Origin: a bacterium
Lineage (GTDB): Bacteria; JAMCPX01
NCBI GenBank assembly: GCA_021792615.1
Contig: JAJYUJ010000011.1
Span: 2,179 to 66,178, forward strand
Direction: 5' to 3'
DNA length: 64,000 nucleotides
Shown: positions 37,826 to 47,250 of the stretch, piece by piece
How positions within the stretch are numbered: the stretch's first letter is position 1
How the letters are laid out: each line of letters begins with the position of its first letter
Made by a program: the position numbers and the translations under genes
The notes under the pieces: generated by a model
The model's input: only the letters and a program-made list of their open reading frames with translations
Told to the model about the DNA's origin: nothing
Database searches by the model: none

Positions 37826-39378
37826 AGTTCGATCAGACTTGAGATGACATACGGTATTCGCTCAAGCAGATCGGATGCGAGCACAGCGCTGTTCTTATGA
37901 TAGGCATACACGATATCTCCCGCCATGCCATGGACATATACCCCTGCAACCGCCGCATCACGCGGACGCAGGCCCAGTGCTATGAAACCCGCAATAATGC
38001 CGGTCAGTACATCTCCCATACCACCGGTCGACATACCCGGATTACCGGTCGGGTTTATCCAGACGTTGCCTTCTTTATCCGCTATAACGGTTCGTGCGCC
38101 CTTGAGCACGAGTGTACAGTTATACTGTTTTGCGAAGTCTATGGAAAGGCTGACCCTGTTCTGATTTACCTCTTTCGGGTTCATATTGATAAGCCTGCCG
38201 AATTCGCCGGGATGCGGGGTCAGCACGATGTTCTCGTTGTTAAACTCAAGAAGCATATCCGGGTTCTGCGCAATAATATTAATCGCGTCGGCATCTATCA
38301 CAACGGGCAGGCGGCACCTCTTTAAAAATTCAAAGACAAATCCGGATGTCTGCTTTTCTGTTCCTATACCCGGTCCCAGTGCGACAACGTCCCTTGTCTG
38401 CAAAAGTTTTTCCGCCTGTGCGATTGCCGGTGTGCCTATGGCACCGCCGGGGGTCTCCGTTAACGGCTCTTTCAATGCTTCGAGAACCGTTGTTTCGAAT
38501 ACCGGTATCAGGCTTTCCGGTCCGGCAATGGTAACAAGGCCGCTGCCTGTACGCAATGCACCCTTTGCACTCAATACAGCGGCACCGCTTTTACCTTGAG
38601 AACCTGCTATGACCAGTGTATGTCCATAATCTCCCTTGTTTGTAGCATAATTACGGGGTTTCAAGAGGGAATTTATAAGGTCGTGGCTGGAAAGATTATA
38701 GGGAATGTGAGTTTGCTGAACAAGCCTGTCCGGTATTGATATATCAACGACCTCCACATTGCCTGCAAACTCGGCACCCGGGTAAACAACAAGTCCAATC
38801 TTTGCAAGCCCGAATGTAATGGTCTTCTTTGCCCGGACGGTAATACCGGCAACATCGCCTGTGTCCGCATCGATTCCGGATGGTATATCGACTGCAACGA
38901 CGGGAAGGCCCGAGTTGTTGATAAGATCTATCGCACTTGCGTACGGCTCTTTAACGGAACCTTTTATACCAGTACCGAGCAAGGCATCTATGATAATACC
39001 CTTTTCTTTGAGATTGATATCCGTCTTGTCAAATTCGCTGATGTCCTTCATCTCGTGTATGACATCCGTAATCCTGCTCAGTGCCGTATAATTTACACCC
39101 GCATCTTCCGATAGCTCCTTATTCTTGCCAAAGAAAATCACATCGACATGATATCCTTTGTTGATAAGGTGCCGTGCCGCAACGAACCCATCACCGCCAT
39201 TGTTCCCCTTGCCGCAGAACACGACGACGCCTTTTCTTGCCTGCGAATCAAATTCCTTTATAATTGCCTGAGCAACGGACCGTCCCGCGTTCTCCATGAG
39301 AATACTGCTTGCGATGCCGAACGATTCGGCGGTCTTTCTATCAAGGGATCTCATTATTTCAGATGTGACAACCTTCAT
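37822..39378 (-). CDS. nnr: Bifunctional NAD(P)H-hydrate repair enzyme (epimerase + ADP-dependent dehydratase)
   Basis: Start moved to ATG 39378 (GGGAGG upstream). GKGNNGGDG epimerase loop. C-terminal GPGIG and GMGDVLTG dehydratase motifs. Confidence 0.85.
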   Translation of the reverse strand: MKVVTSEIMRSLDRKTAESFGIASSILMENAGRSVAQAIIKEFDSQARKGVVVFCGKGNNGGDGFVAARHLINKGYHVDVIFFGKNKELSEDAGVNYTALSRITDVIHEMKDISEFDKTDINLKEKGIIIDALLGTGIKGSVKEPYASAIDLINNSGLPVVAVDIPSGIDADTGDVAGITVRAKKTITFGLAKIGLVVYPGAEFAGNVEVVDISIPDRLVQQTHIPYNLSSHDLINSLLKPRNYATNKGDYGHTLVIAGSQGKSGAAVLSAKGALRTGSGLVTIAGPESLIPVFETTVLEALKEPLTETPGGAIGTPAIAQAEKLLQTRDVVALGPGIGTEKQTSGFVFEFLKRCRLPVVIDADAINIIAQNPDMLLEFNNENIVLTPHPGEFGRLINMNPKEVNQNRVSLSIDFAKQYNCTLVLKGARTVIADKEGNVWINPTGNPGMSTGGMGDVLTGIIAGFIALGLRPRDAAVAGVYVHGMAGDIVYAYHKNSAVLASDLLERIPYVISSLIEL

Positions 39379-39508
39379 ATAACCTCCCTGCTCTTCCATT
39401 CCGTATTTATCTGACTTTATCTTTTTTTTCATCAAGTATCAATCTTTATATTCTTATAATAAATCATTGACAGCGCACGGTACATGTTATTACATAAAAA
39501 ATTCATAT

Positions 39509-40198
39509 ATGGACACTTCAAGCTTAAAAGAGTTTATTCTCCTGATACCGGTTATACTGTTTTCGTTGACCGTGCATGAGGTATGTCATGGCTGGGTAGC
39601 CGACAGGTTTGGAGACCCGACTGCGCGGGCAACGGGCAGATTAACACTCAACCCCATAGCACACCTGGATCCTATAGGGACAATCATGCTTTTTATAGCC
39701 CATTTCGGCTGGGCAAAGCCGGTGATGGTAAACCCGTACAATCTCAAAGACCCCAAAAAGGATATGATATGGATATCACTTGCAGGGCCTGGCGCTAATT
39801 TCCTTCTCGCGCTGATCGCAGGCATAACCCTCCGGGTCCTCATGGCTTTCGGGAACATCAATATTTCAGGTTTGATGTGGTCGTCGATATACGCCCTGCT
39901 TATACTCACCCTGCAGATCAATCTCGCTCTCGGTATATTCAACCTGATTCCCATACCGCCGCTCGATGGTGCAAAGGTATTATTCGGGCTTCTGCCGTAT
40001 CGTTATGAACAACATTATCAATGGCTGGAGCGGTACGGTATGGTCATCCTCCTCGCACTGTTTGTGCTGGACAGTTTTACACCGTTCAAGATACTGTCAT
40101 TAATTTTATGGCTTCCGGCAAACCTGCTTTCGTATCTTTTTGCGGGCAGATCGCTTTTCTACTTGCTCGGTGTATTGAACATGCTATTGGGTGTATAG
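39509..40198 (+). CDS. Site-2 protease family (M50) membrane metalloprotease
   Basis: The tracked start is a TTG, so ATG 39509 is preferred. HEVCHG zinc motif and FNLIPIPPLDG motif. Confidence 0.78.
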   Translation: MDTSSLKEFILLIPVILFSLTVHEVCHGWVADRFGDPTARATGRLTLNPIAHLDPIGTIMLFIAHFGWAKPVMVNPYNLKDPKKDMIWISLAGPGANFLLALIAGITLRVLMAFGNINISGLMWSSIYALLILTLQINLALGIFNLIPIPPLDGAKVLFGLLPYRYEQHYQWLERYGMVILLALFVLDSFTPFKILSLILWLPANLLSYLFAGRSLFYLLGVLNMLLGV

Positions 40199-40206
40199 AG
40201 GGAGAA

Positions 40207-41211
40207 ATGGAAAGAGTATTAAGCGGATTGAGACCTACCGGGAAACTTCACCTTGGACATTACCATGGAGTGCTTACCAATTTTATAAAGCTGCAGGATA
40301 TGTATGAATGTTATTTTTTTGTCGCCGACCTTCATGCGCTTACGACAAACTATGCAAAAACAGAGGACATACAATCCAGTGTCATACAGATGCTCGCGGA
40401 TTGGATTGCCGTCGGCATTGACCCTGAAAAAGCCTCGATCTTCATACAGTCATCCATACCCCAGCATTCGGAACTGCACACGATACTCTCCATGATAACA
40501 CCGCTCGGCTGGCTCGAGCGCGTGCCCAGCTACAAGGAAAAGCTCGGCGAGGAAACACCCTCCGATCTCCATACGTATGGATTTCTCGGTTATCCCGTGC
40601 TCATGGCATCCGACATCCTCATCTATAAAGCCCATAAAGTACCCATTGGAGAAGATCAACTTGCGCATCTGGAGTTCACCCGTGAAATAGTACGGCGGTT
40701 CAACTATCTGTACAAAACCGTATTCCCCGAGCCGCAGCCGCTCCTGACAACAGCCCCGAAAGTTCCGGGAACCGACGGCAGAAAAATGAGCAAAAGCTAC
40801 GACAATTGCCTGTATATATCCGATCCCCCCGATGTGATTTCAAAAAAGATACTCACCATGGTGACGGACCCGCACAGGATAAGGAGGACGGACAAAGGGA
40901 ACCCGGATCTCTGTCCCGTTTATGATCTCCATAAACTCCATACGCCGCCGGACAGGTTACAGGAGATAAACACCGGCTGCAGGACGGCAGGCATTGGGTG
41001 CGTAGACTGCAAAAAGGTGGTTATAGGAGAGATAAACACCTTGCTTGCACCAATAAGGGAGAAGCGGGAAAGCCTCGTGAAACAGCCGGACATCCTCAGG
41101 AACATTGTCGAACGGGGCAATAAAAAGGCCGCGACGTTTGCAGCCGCAACGATGCAGGAAGTAAAAGAGGCAATCAGGATCGTTTATGATTTCAGAACCG
41201 CAGGACTATAG
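40207..41211 (+). CDS. trpS: Tryptophan--tRNA ligase
   Basis: Start moved to ATG 40207 (GGAG upstream). SGLRPTGKLHLGHY (HIGH) and KMSKS motifs. Confidence 0.92.
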   Translation: MERVLSGLRPTGKLHLGHYHGVLTNFIKLQDMYECYFFVADLHALTTNYAKTEDIQSSVIQMLADWIAVGIDPEKASIFIQSSIPQHSELHTILSMITPLGWLERVPSYKEKLGEETPSDLHTYGFLGYPVLMASDILIYKAHKVPIGEDQLAHLEFTREIVRRFNYLYKTVFPEPQPLLTTAPKVPGTDGRKMSKSYDNCLYISDPPDVISKKILTMVTDPHRIRRTDKGNPDLCPVYDLHKLHTPPDRLQEINTGCRTAGIGCVDCKKVVIGEINTLLAPIREKRESLVKQPDILRNIVERGNKKAATFAAATMQEVKEAIRIVYDFRTAGL

Positions 41212-41905
41212 GGTTAAGCTCGAAATATTCGAAGGTCCGCTCGACCTTCTGCTGTTCCTCATCAAGAGGAACGAGCTCGATATCTACGATATCCCGGTTT
41301 CGTTTATTACGGAACAGTACCTCACTTACCTCGGCATGATGCAGGTGCTCAATGTCGAGCTTGCCTCGGAATTCCTGGTAATAGCCGCAACACTGCTTGA
41401 GATAAAGGCGCGGATGCTTATCCCGGCATCGGCTGAACCGGAAGAAGAAATAGAAGATCCAAGACTGGAACTTACCAACAGGCTGCTCGAGTATCAGCGT
41501 TTCAAGAACGCAGCCGGTCAGTTGAACAATCTCAACATGCTGTACAGGGACACGTTTCCGAAGGGTATGCAGGAAAGCATAGAGGCCGAGGACACGTCTT
41601 TAAACATAGAGGCAGATGCCTATGAGCTGCTGGTCGCATTCAAATCCATTCTGGACAGGGCCAAGGGCGAGAAAATAGCCTACATGACCGTAGAAAGGAT
41701 CAGCGTCGCCCAGAGAATAAACGATATCATGGAGCGTATTAGTATTGCAAAAAGTATTGTATTTGATACACTTCTTCCCGAAGAGTACACCAAAATGGAT
41801 ATTGTCATAACAATACTCGCGGTACTTGAACTGCTCAGGCTCAGAATGATACGGTGTGAACAAAAAGAACCATTCGGTAATATATGGCTCTATGTGCCGG
41901 AATAA
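41186..41905 (+). CDS. scpA: Segregation and condensation protein A
   Basis: FEGPLDLLLFLIKRNELDIYDIP motif. Followed by scpB. Confidence 0.88.
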   Translation: MISEPQDYRVKLEIFEGPLDLLLFLIKRNELDIYDIPVSFITEQYLTYLGMMQVLNVELASEFLVIAATLLEIKARMLIPASAEPEEEIEDPRLELTNRLLEYQRFKNAAGQLNNLNMLYRDTFPKGMQESIEAEDTSLNIEADAYELLVAFKSILDRAKGEKIAYMTVERISVAQRINDIMERISIAKSIVFDTLLPEEYTKMDIVITILAVLELLRLRMIRCEQKEPFGNIWLYVPE

Positions 41906-41923
41906 GAACAATACAGAGGTAAT

Positions 41924-42526
41924 ATGGAAACAGAAAAACTCATAGCAATAATCGAAACCCTTATATTTGCGTCCGAGAAACCGCTCAAAGTAAAGTATAT
42001 CGAGCAGGTTATGTCCGTCATCGACCTTGGAGAGCTTACGATTCCGGGGCTTTTAGAGACATTAAAGGCCGGGTATGCGTCCGAAGAGAGCGGGATTGAG
42101 CTTGTAGAGGTTGCCGAAGGCTGGCAATTCAGGACAAAGCCGCAGTTTGCAGAATGGATAAAAAGACTGAATACCGTACGGCCTTCAAAACTATCGGCTC
42201 CTGCCATGGAAACCCTGGCCATCGTGGCGTACCGCCAGCCCATAACAAGGGCGGAGATAGATTATGTCAGGGGTGTCGACAGCGGCGGTGTTATAAAAAC
42301 GCTGCTCGATAAAAGGCTGATAAAGATCATAGGGAAAAAAGAATTGCCGGGAAGACCTCTTGTTTATGGGACAACGCAGGAGTTCCTCGAGGTATTCAGT
42401 TTAAAGGACATCTCAGCCTTGCCGAACCTGCAGGATATTAAACAGATGAGTTCAGCGGAAGAAGAACTCGAGCGCAACCAGACCGAGCTTCCCCTTCCGG
42501 CATCCGAACCAACGGATGAAGAATAA
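41924..42526 (+). CDS. scpB: Segregation and condensation protein B
   Basis: IIETLIFASEKPL, LSAPAMETLAIVAYRQPITRAEI and GRPLVYGTT motifs. Confidence 0.88.
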   Translation: METEKLIAIIETLIFASEKPLKVKYIEQVMSVIDLGELTIPGLLETLKAGYASEESGIELVEVAEGWQFRTKPQFAEWIKRLNTVRPSKLSAPAMETLAIVAYRQPITRAEIDYVRGVDSGGVIKTLLDKRLIKIIGKKELPGRPLVYGTTQEFLEVFSLKDISALPNLQDIKQMSSAEEELERNQTELPLPASEPTDEE

Positions 42527-42568
42527 TCTCTTTATTTAATTTTTAATTTTGAATTATATAAGAGAATA

Positions 42569-42899
42569 GGGCGCATCCGACTTCTTAATGGGTATATACA
42601 AGATATAGTGGTTTATGTATAATATAAAATTATGGATGAGAAAACTTTTTGGCTCTTCGGGCTTTTATGTGGATAGGTAAAAATGTGCAAGATACTTTTC
42701 CCCCTTTGAAAAAGGGGGATTAAGGGGGATTTTAAGGGCATGCTCTTGTACAATAGTCATTTGAAGCAATATTCATGGAGCGTTTTATGATTATAAAATC
42801 TCCCCCTGCCCCTCTTTTCCAAAGAGGGGATAGCACACAAAAAAGTCTGATACGCCACTACTCTATGTTGGGGGTACCCATTAAAAAGCCTGATGCTCC
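42569..42899. mobile_element. MITE-like ~330-bp non-coding element bounded by 25-bp imperfect inverted repeats
   Basis: GGCGCATCCGACTTCTTAATGGGTA (42570-42594) matches the reverse complement of 42875-42899 (GGAGCATCAGGCTTTTTAATGGGTA) at 21 of 25 positions. The interior holds G/C-run hairpins at 42700-42728 and 42809-42829. Confidence 0.35.
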
Positions 42900-42950
42900 G
42901 AAAATAGTAACGGCCGGTCTACCCCGGACGCCATGAGACGTTGAATATCT

Positions 42951-43553
42951 ATGGTAAAATATAACTCCTACTCACGCATCGCCGGCATAGATGAAGTCGG
43001 CAGGGGACCGCTTGCAGGCCCCGTCGTAGCATGTGCGGTCGTTATTCCCGACGACACGAACTGTAAATTCATAAAGGACTCAAAACTTCTGACACCATCG
43101 GCGCGGGTCAAGGCCTATGAATATCTTACCGAGCACGCACTGTCGTACAGCATAGGGGTTATTGACGAGCACACGATCGACGCGATCAATATACGAAATG
43201 CGACCAAGCGTGCAATGGAGCAGGCATTGTCTCTGCTGCATTATACCGTTGATCTTGTCTTGATCGACGGGAACATGGAAATCAATACGGACCTGCCGCA
43301 GAAAACGATTATTGACGGGGACAGACTGCATCAGAGCATATCCTCTGCCTCAATCATAGCGAAGGTCTACCGTGACAGCATCATGGAAAGATACGCGGTG
43401 CAATATCCTGAATACGGATTTGCCAAACACAAGGGTTACGGAACGAAAGAACACGTAAAGGCCTTGTTGAAATACGGTCCCTGCCCCATTCACAGGAGGT
43501 CCTTTCTGCACAACATATTTTCCGGCCAGCACAAATTCGGCTTCAGCGATTGA
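42951..43553 (+). CDS. rnhB: Ribonuclease HII
   Basis: IAGIDEVGRGPLAGPVV, IDGN and DSKLL motifs. Confidence 0.9.
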   Translation: MVKYNSYSRIAGIDEVGRGPLAGPVVACAVVIPDDTNCKFIKDSKLLTPSARVKAYEYLTEHALSYSIGVIDEHTIDAINIRNATKRAMEQALSLLHYTVDLVLIDGNMEINTDLPQKTIIDGDRLHQSISSASIIAKVYRDSIMERYAVQYPEYGFAKHKGYGTKEHVKALLKYGPCPIHRRSFLHNIFSGQHKFGFSD

Positions 43554-43669
43554 CCGTTCCATGTGTCATTCTTGTCCCGCCTTTGGCGGGATAAATCCCA
43601 ATGGGAATCCACCGTCAAAGACGATGGGGCCATCCGTTCACTCAAAAAATGCATTTGAAAAATAAACCG

Positions 43670-43696
43670 GTAGGGGCGAGGTTACCTCGCCCCTAC
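43670..43696. repeat. Perfect 12-bp-stem palindromic hairpin
   Basis: GTAGGGGCGAGG-TTA-CCTCGCCCCTAC. Confidence 0.8.
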
Positions 43697-43706
43697 AATA
43701 TTTTCT

Positions 43707-43732
43707 GGATTCCCACTTGCGTGGGAATGACA
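43707..43732. repeat. GGAATGAC-type palindromic repeat (family A)
   Basis: GGATTCCCACTTGCGTGGGAATGACA. Same architecture as the copies at 54495, 54535, 62347 and 62509. Confidence 0.8.
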
Positions 43733-43810
43733 GAAAACTGGCAAAGCCAACTCTCCATAACCACCGTCAAAGATGGTGGGTTTCTACGTTAATCTAAAAC
43801 ACATGAAATC

Positions 43811-44578
43811 TTACTTTTTATCCTTGATGGAATCGAGCAGCTTGTGTGCGAGGGGTATATCGTACATAACCCAGCCTGCACGGTAGGAAGGGTCATTGAA
43901 TTGCAGCACACGGTTCAGGACATCGCGTGCTTCGGCATAGCGCCCCTCACTGATGTACACCTTGGCCAGTGTGGTCAGGGGCATGGTATAACGGGGATCG
44001 ATCTTCAATGCCTCATGAATATACTGGATCGATTTTTCATCGCTGCCTCCGAATGCACCGGGAAGCTGATAATACAGCTCAGCGTATGCCTCCAATACGA
44101 ACAATGATTTTGGATTCAATGTATACGCTTTATTAAGATTTGTTAAAAACGCCGGCAGGGAGAGCAGCGCCTTTATGAGGTTTTCACGCTGTGCCATCCT
44201 CCCTATGTTCCCCGCATACCAGAAATAAGCGTCGGATCCTTCGGGATTGAGTTTGATCGCTTTTTGTGCGGCAAGCTTACCGGCTTCATAATCCTTCAGC
44301 GCGTCCGTATGCGTGAGATCGGCGAAATCCCCCATAGTCAGGTCTGCCATGGCAATCTGCGTATATGCCGTTGACAGGACTACCGGATCCCTGTTCTCCT
44401 TGATAATCTGCTCGTACAGGACAATGGCCTTGGGGATGTTCGAAATATCCTTGTCGTAATTGTAAAACACCTGGTTTGCCCGTTCGATTGTCGCTGCACG
44501 CACATTCGTACCGAGGGCGGACAACAGTATAAGACATAACAGTACAACCGTATTTTTCCATTTCAGATCATTTTGCAT
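43811..44578 (-). CDS. Exported tetratricopeptide-repeat protein
   Basis: Start moved to ATG 44578 (MQNDLKWKNTVVLLCLILLSALGTNVRA signal). The tracked 64-aa N-terminal extension is read-through of palindromic repeats. TPR-like helices run throughout. Confidence 0.7.
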   Translation of the reverse strand: MQNDLKWKNTVVLLCLILLSALGTNVRAATIERANQVFYNYDKDISNIPKAIVLYEQIIKENRDPVVLSTAYTQIAMADLTMGDFADLTHTDALKDYEAGKLAAQKAIKLNPEGSDAYFWYAGNIGRMAQRENLIKALLSLPAFLTNLNKAYTLNPKSLFVLEAYAELYYQLPGAFGGSDEKSIQYIHEALKIDPRYTMPLTTLAKVYISEGRYAEARDVLNRVLQFNDPSYRAGWVMYDIPLAHKLLDSIKDKK

Positions 44579-44606
44579 AATTTTTGTTTCCCGTTTCCTT
44601 TTAGTT

Positions 44607-44746
44607 CCCTCTCCTTTTAAGAGAGGGCTTGGTGAGGTCTTGCTTTTTTCCCCCGTTTTCCCATTTCCGTCTCTCTCGTCCCCCTGACAAGGGGGATTAA
44701 GGGGGTTAAAAATGATCGACAACCCCTGAAGTCCCCTTTTCAGGGG
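44607..44746. repeat. Cluster of three palindromic repeat units (families B and C)
   Basis: CCCTCTCCTTTTAAGAGAGGG..GGTGAGGTCT (44607-44640). CCCCCTGACAAGGGGGATTAAGGGGG (44680-44705). CCCCTGAA-loop-TTCAGGGG (44723-44746). Confidence 0.75.
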
Positions 44747-44766
44747 ACGTTTAAAAAACGCGGTAT

Positions 44767-46989
44767 TCACTTCCCGATCCTGTTTTTTTTCACAGGACCG
44801 ATCCTTACCTGGCTTATGGCCAGGCTGTACGGGTTTACATCGGGGAACCCCGATTCCATGAAAAACGGTTCAAAGGGCCCCTGCTCGACATGCAGTACAA
44901 TGGTACTATTTCCGTCAGGCAGATACACGGACGGCAGGGTAATTTTCCCGACATTCGGAGGTACGATGGACGATATATCGAGATGGGCCACGAGCGTTGC
45001 ATCGAGGAATACGTCGAGGTCCGTTACCTTCATAAAGGGACGGAACACGGAGAACTCCACGGATGCATACCCGCCCCGCCAGTGCGACAGCCGTATCTCC
45101 GCATCGTTCGACATCCAGCGGTACGCAATGCCGTTTTGATAATACTTCGGCTCATACCATCCCGTTCCGAGATAGAGAATCGGTTTAAAAACAGGCTTTG
45201 ACAGCCGCGGCACGTCAAACATCTCGGTACGGTGATCGTTAAAGACAGGCTTGCCGAATGTCCTTGTCAGTTGTTTGGAGAGCGCCTTCTCCGTATTTTT
45301 ATCGAAGTCCGTGGACAAAAACGTTTTATGCAGGACCACCGTATGAATATCATCACGGTCGAGCGCCGCGATGCCGTAGGGCACATAATCGGGCATGTCC
45401 CGCTGTATGATATCTCCATAGTTGAGCGCCTGGGGCTCGCTGAATACCTGCAGCAACGGGTTCAAAAGCGTAAAATCGTTCCCATGGTTCGGTGTTCTCG
45501 GCAGGTGGCCGTAAACGATGCTTTTATGATGGTACGACTGATAATACATGTACTTGTATGCATAGTCCACGTACGGCAGGGTGAGATCGTTGCCAGACGG
45601 CAGGTCGTAAATCACGTGGATAGCGGGATTGGATTTCAAGGATTTGTAGACCGCTGGTATGACTGCATCGGACGTGGTGAAGGGTATATGGGTGATTGTT
45701 TCGAACGGTATCACGACGGCAAGAACGACGGTTGCTATGATCGTCGATATGTTCCTGCGCATCATGACGGAAAGTCCCGATGCCGCAAATATGGACAGCA
45801 TCAGTTCGACGTCCAGCGAGTACCTGTTGGGGAACCTCAGGAAATCAAGCACCGGTATCTTCCATATCACGTAATACGGCATCGGAATCATCACGTACGA
45901 TTTTCCTTCATTGAAGAGCATGGGGCCGTTGATCTGAAGATACGGACCCAGGGAAAGAACGAACGCCGTTATGAGAAAAGCAAGGAACAGCACCTTGAAC
46001 CTGGGGCTCGACTTGAATATGCCTATAAGACTCAGCACCAGGACAATGAAGCCGATGAAATAATGGGCTATCGTCGGATTGAAGTTATAGTTTATAGAGA
46101 ACTTACGCCACAAAAAGGTGGTATGGGTCGGTATGAAATAACCGAGGAGGTCCTCGGAGTAAAGTACCGCATCCTTTGCCAATGAATGTGCTGAATGCAG
46201 AGATTCAACCGTGCCCACCATCGGAAGATAAAAAGGCAGGACCGCGGCAGCCGTCAGGATACCGGATACCACGAGCCCCCAAAATCTTTTCTCATGCAGT
46301 ATCAGCCGCCGCTCCGCAAGCAGGGCATACAGGACGAAAACGTCACTGAAGGTAACGAGAAAATAGATGGCGATATAGGGGTCTGAGAGTGCTACCAGAA
46401 TTGCAAAACATGTCATCAGAACAACGCTTTTGATTGTTTGTTCGTCGATAAAACGTATGAACGCGTACAGGAACAGGGGTATGAATTCGATGGTCGTCAG
46501 CCCGAGCGTGCCGACGTTCCCGGCAACAAAATGATAGGTCGAAAATGTATAGATGACCCCTCCTATGAATGCGGGCAGGTCGTTTCTGATAAGCTTCTTC
46601 AGGAAGATAAACATAAAAAAACCGGAAAGGACGAAATGGGTGAGTATCAAGAGGTTGTAGGTAACGAGGTTCCCGAATATGAATTGGAACGGCAGGGAGC
46701 CGAGCTCGTTGACCGGCGTTGACCAGACCATCGGGATGTTGTGCATGGGATAGTAAATGGTATTGTTCACCAGGGGATTGGTATGCAGGGTAAAGAGAGC
46801 ATATTTAAACCACCAGATGTCCCATAAGAACATATACGCATCACCGCCCCCGATAACCCTGCTGCCCAGATTTATGACAGCCGGATACGTAAATCCGATT
46901 GTCAGGAGAAGATAAAGCAGGAACGCAAGCCATAGGGGAAGCCTGTACGATGCATTCTCATTTTCAACTGTTATAAACCGTTCAGTCAT
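44767..46989 (-). CDS. Large polytopic membrane protein, possibly a GT-C-type glycosyltransferase
   Basis: 740 aa. More than 12 N-terminal hydrophobic helices with a first-loop acidic motif (GGGDAYMFLWDIWW) and a ~270-aa soluble C-terminal domain. The family assignment is only an architectural guess. Confidence 0.6.
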   Translation of the reverse strand: MTERFITVENENASYRLPLWLAFLLYLLLTIGFTYPAVINLGSRVIGGGDAYMFLWDIWWFKYALFTLHTNPLVNNTIYYPMHNIPMVWSTPVNELGSLPFQFIFGNLVTYNLLILTHFVLSGFFMFIFLKKLIRNDLPAFIGGVIYTFSTYHFVAGNVGTLGLTTIEFIPLFLYAFIRFIDEQTIKSVVLMTCFAILVALSDPYIAIYFLVTFSDVFVLYALLAERRLILHEKRFWGLVVSGILTAAAVLPFYLPMVGTVESLHSAHSLAKDAVLYSEDLLGYFIPTHTTFLWRKFSINYNFNPTIAHYFIGFIVLVLSLIGIFKSSPRFKVLFLAFLITAFVLSLGPYLQINGPMLFNEGKSYVMIPMPYYVIWKIPVLDFLRFPNRYSLDVELMLSIFAASGLSVMMRRNISTIIATVVLAVVIPFETITHIPFTTSDAVIPAVYKSLKSNPAIHVIYDLPSGNDLTLPYVDYAYKYMYYQSYHHKSIVYGHLPRTPNHGNDFTLLNPLLQVFSEPQALNYGDIIQRDMPDYVPYGIAALDRDDIHTVVLHKTFLSTDFDKNTEKALSKQLTRTFGKPVFNDHRTEMFDVPRLSKPVFKPILYLGTGWYEPKYYQNGIAYRWMSNDAEIRLSHWRGGYASVEFSVFRPFMKVTDLDVFLDATLVAHLDISSIVPPNVGKITLPSVYLPDGNSTIVLHVEQGPFEPFFMESGFPDVNPYSLAISQVRIGPVKKNRIGK

Positions 46990-47060
46990 TTTTTATTCCT
47001 CTCTTCTCCCCTTGCCCCCTCGCTCCTCTACCTCGTCCCCTTTTCCAATCTTAATTCCGT

Positions 47061-47145
47061 CCCTTCCCCTTTTAGGGGAAGGATAGGATGAGGTCTCGCG
47101 ATGTAGACCAGAGACCTCACCTTAATCCTCTCCTAAGAGGAGAGG
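47061..47145. repeat. Two family-C palindromic units in inverted orientation
   Basis: CCCTTCCCCTTTTAGGGGAAGG..GATGAGGTCTC (47061-47097) and GAGACCTCACC..CCTCTCCTAAGAGGAGAGG (47111-47145). Confidence 0.75.
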
Positions 47146-47216
47146 AAACAAATGGGGATAAGGTTCTTTAGTGTTGAATCTTCTCCCTTTCTCTTCCTTC
47201 GTCCCCTTTTCCCTTT

Positions 47217-47250
47217 TTCCTCACTTCTCACTCCTCGCTACTCTCCCCTG
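47217..47250. repeat. Orphan copy of the repeat that flanks the four-helix-bundle gene
   Basis: TTCCTCACTTCTCACTCCTCGCTACTCTCCCCTG shares TCCTCA...CTCGCTACTC.CCCCT with the reverse complement of 59265-59300. Overlaps the 3' end of the MFS ORF. Confidence 0.55.

Noticed and set aside
39455-39460. TATAAT box upstream of the M50 protease gene as a promoter
   Set aside because: No acceptable -35 element lies at 16-18-bp spacing (TCAAGT / ATCAAG), which is too weak to report as a feature.
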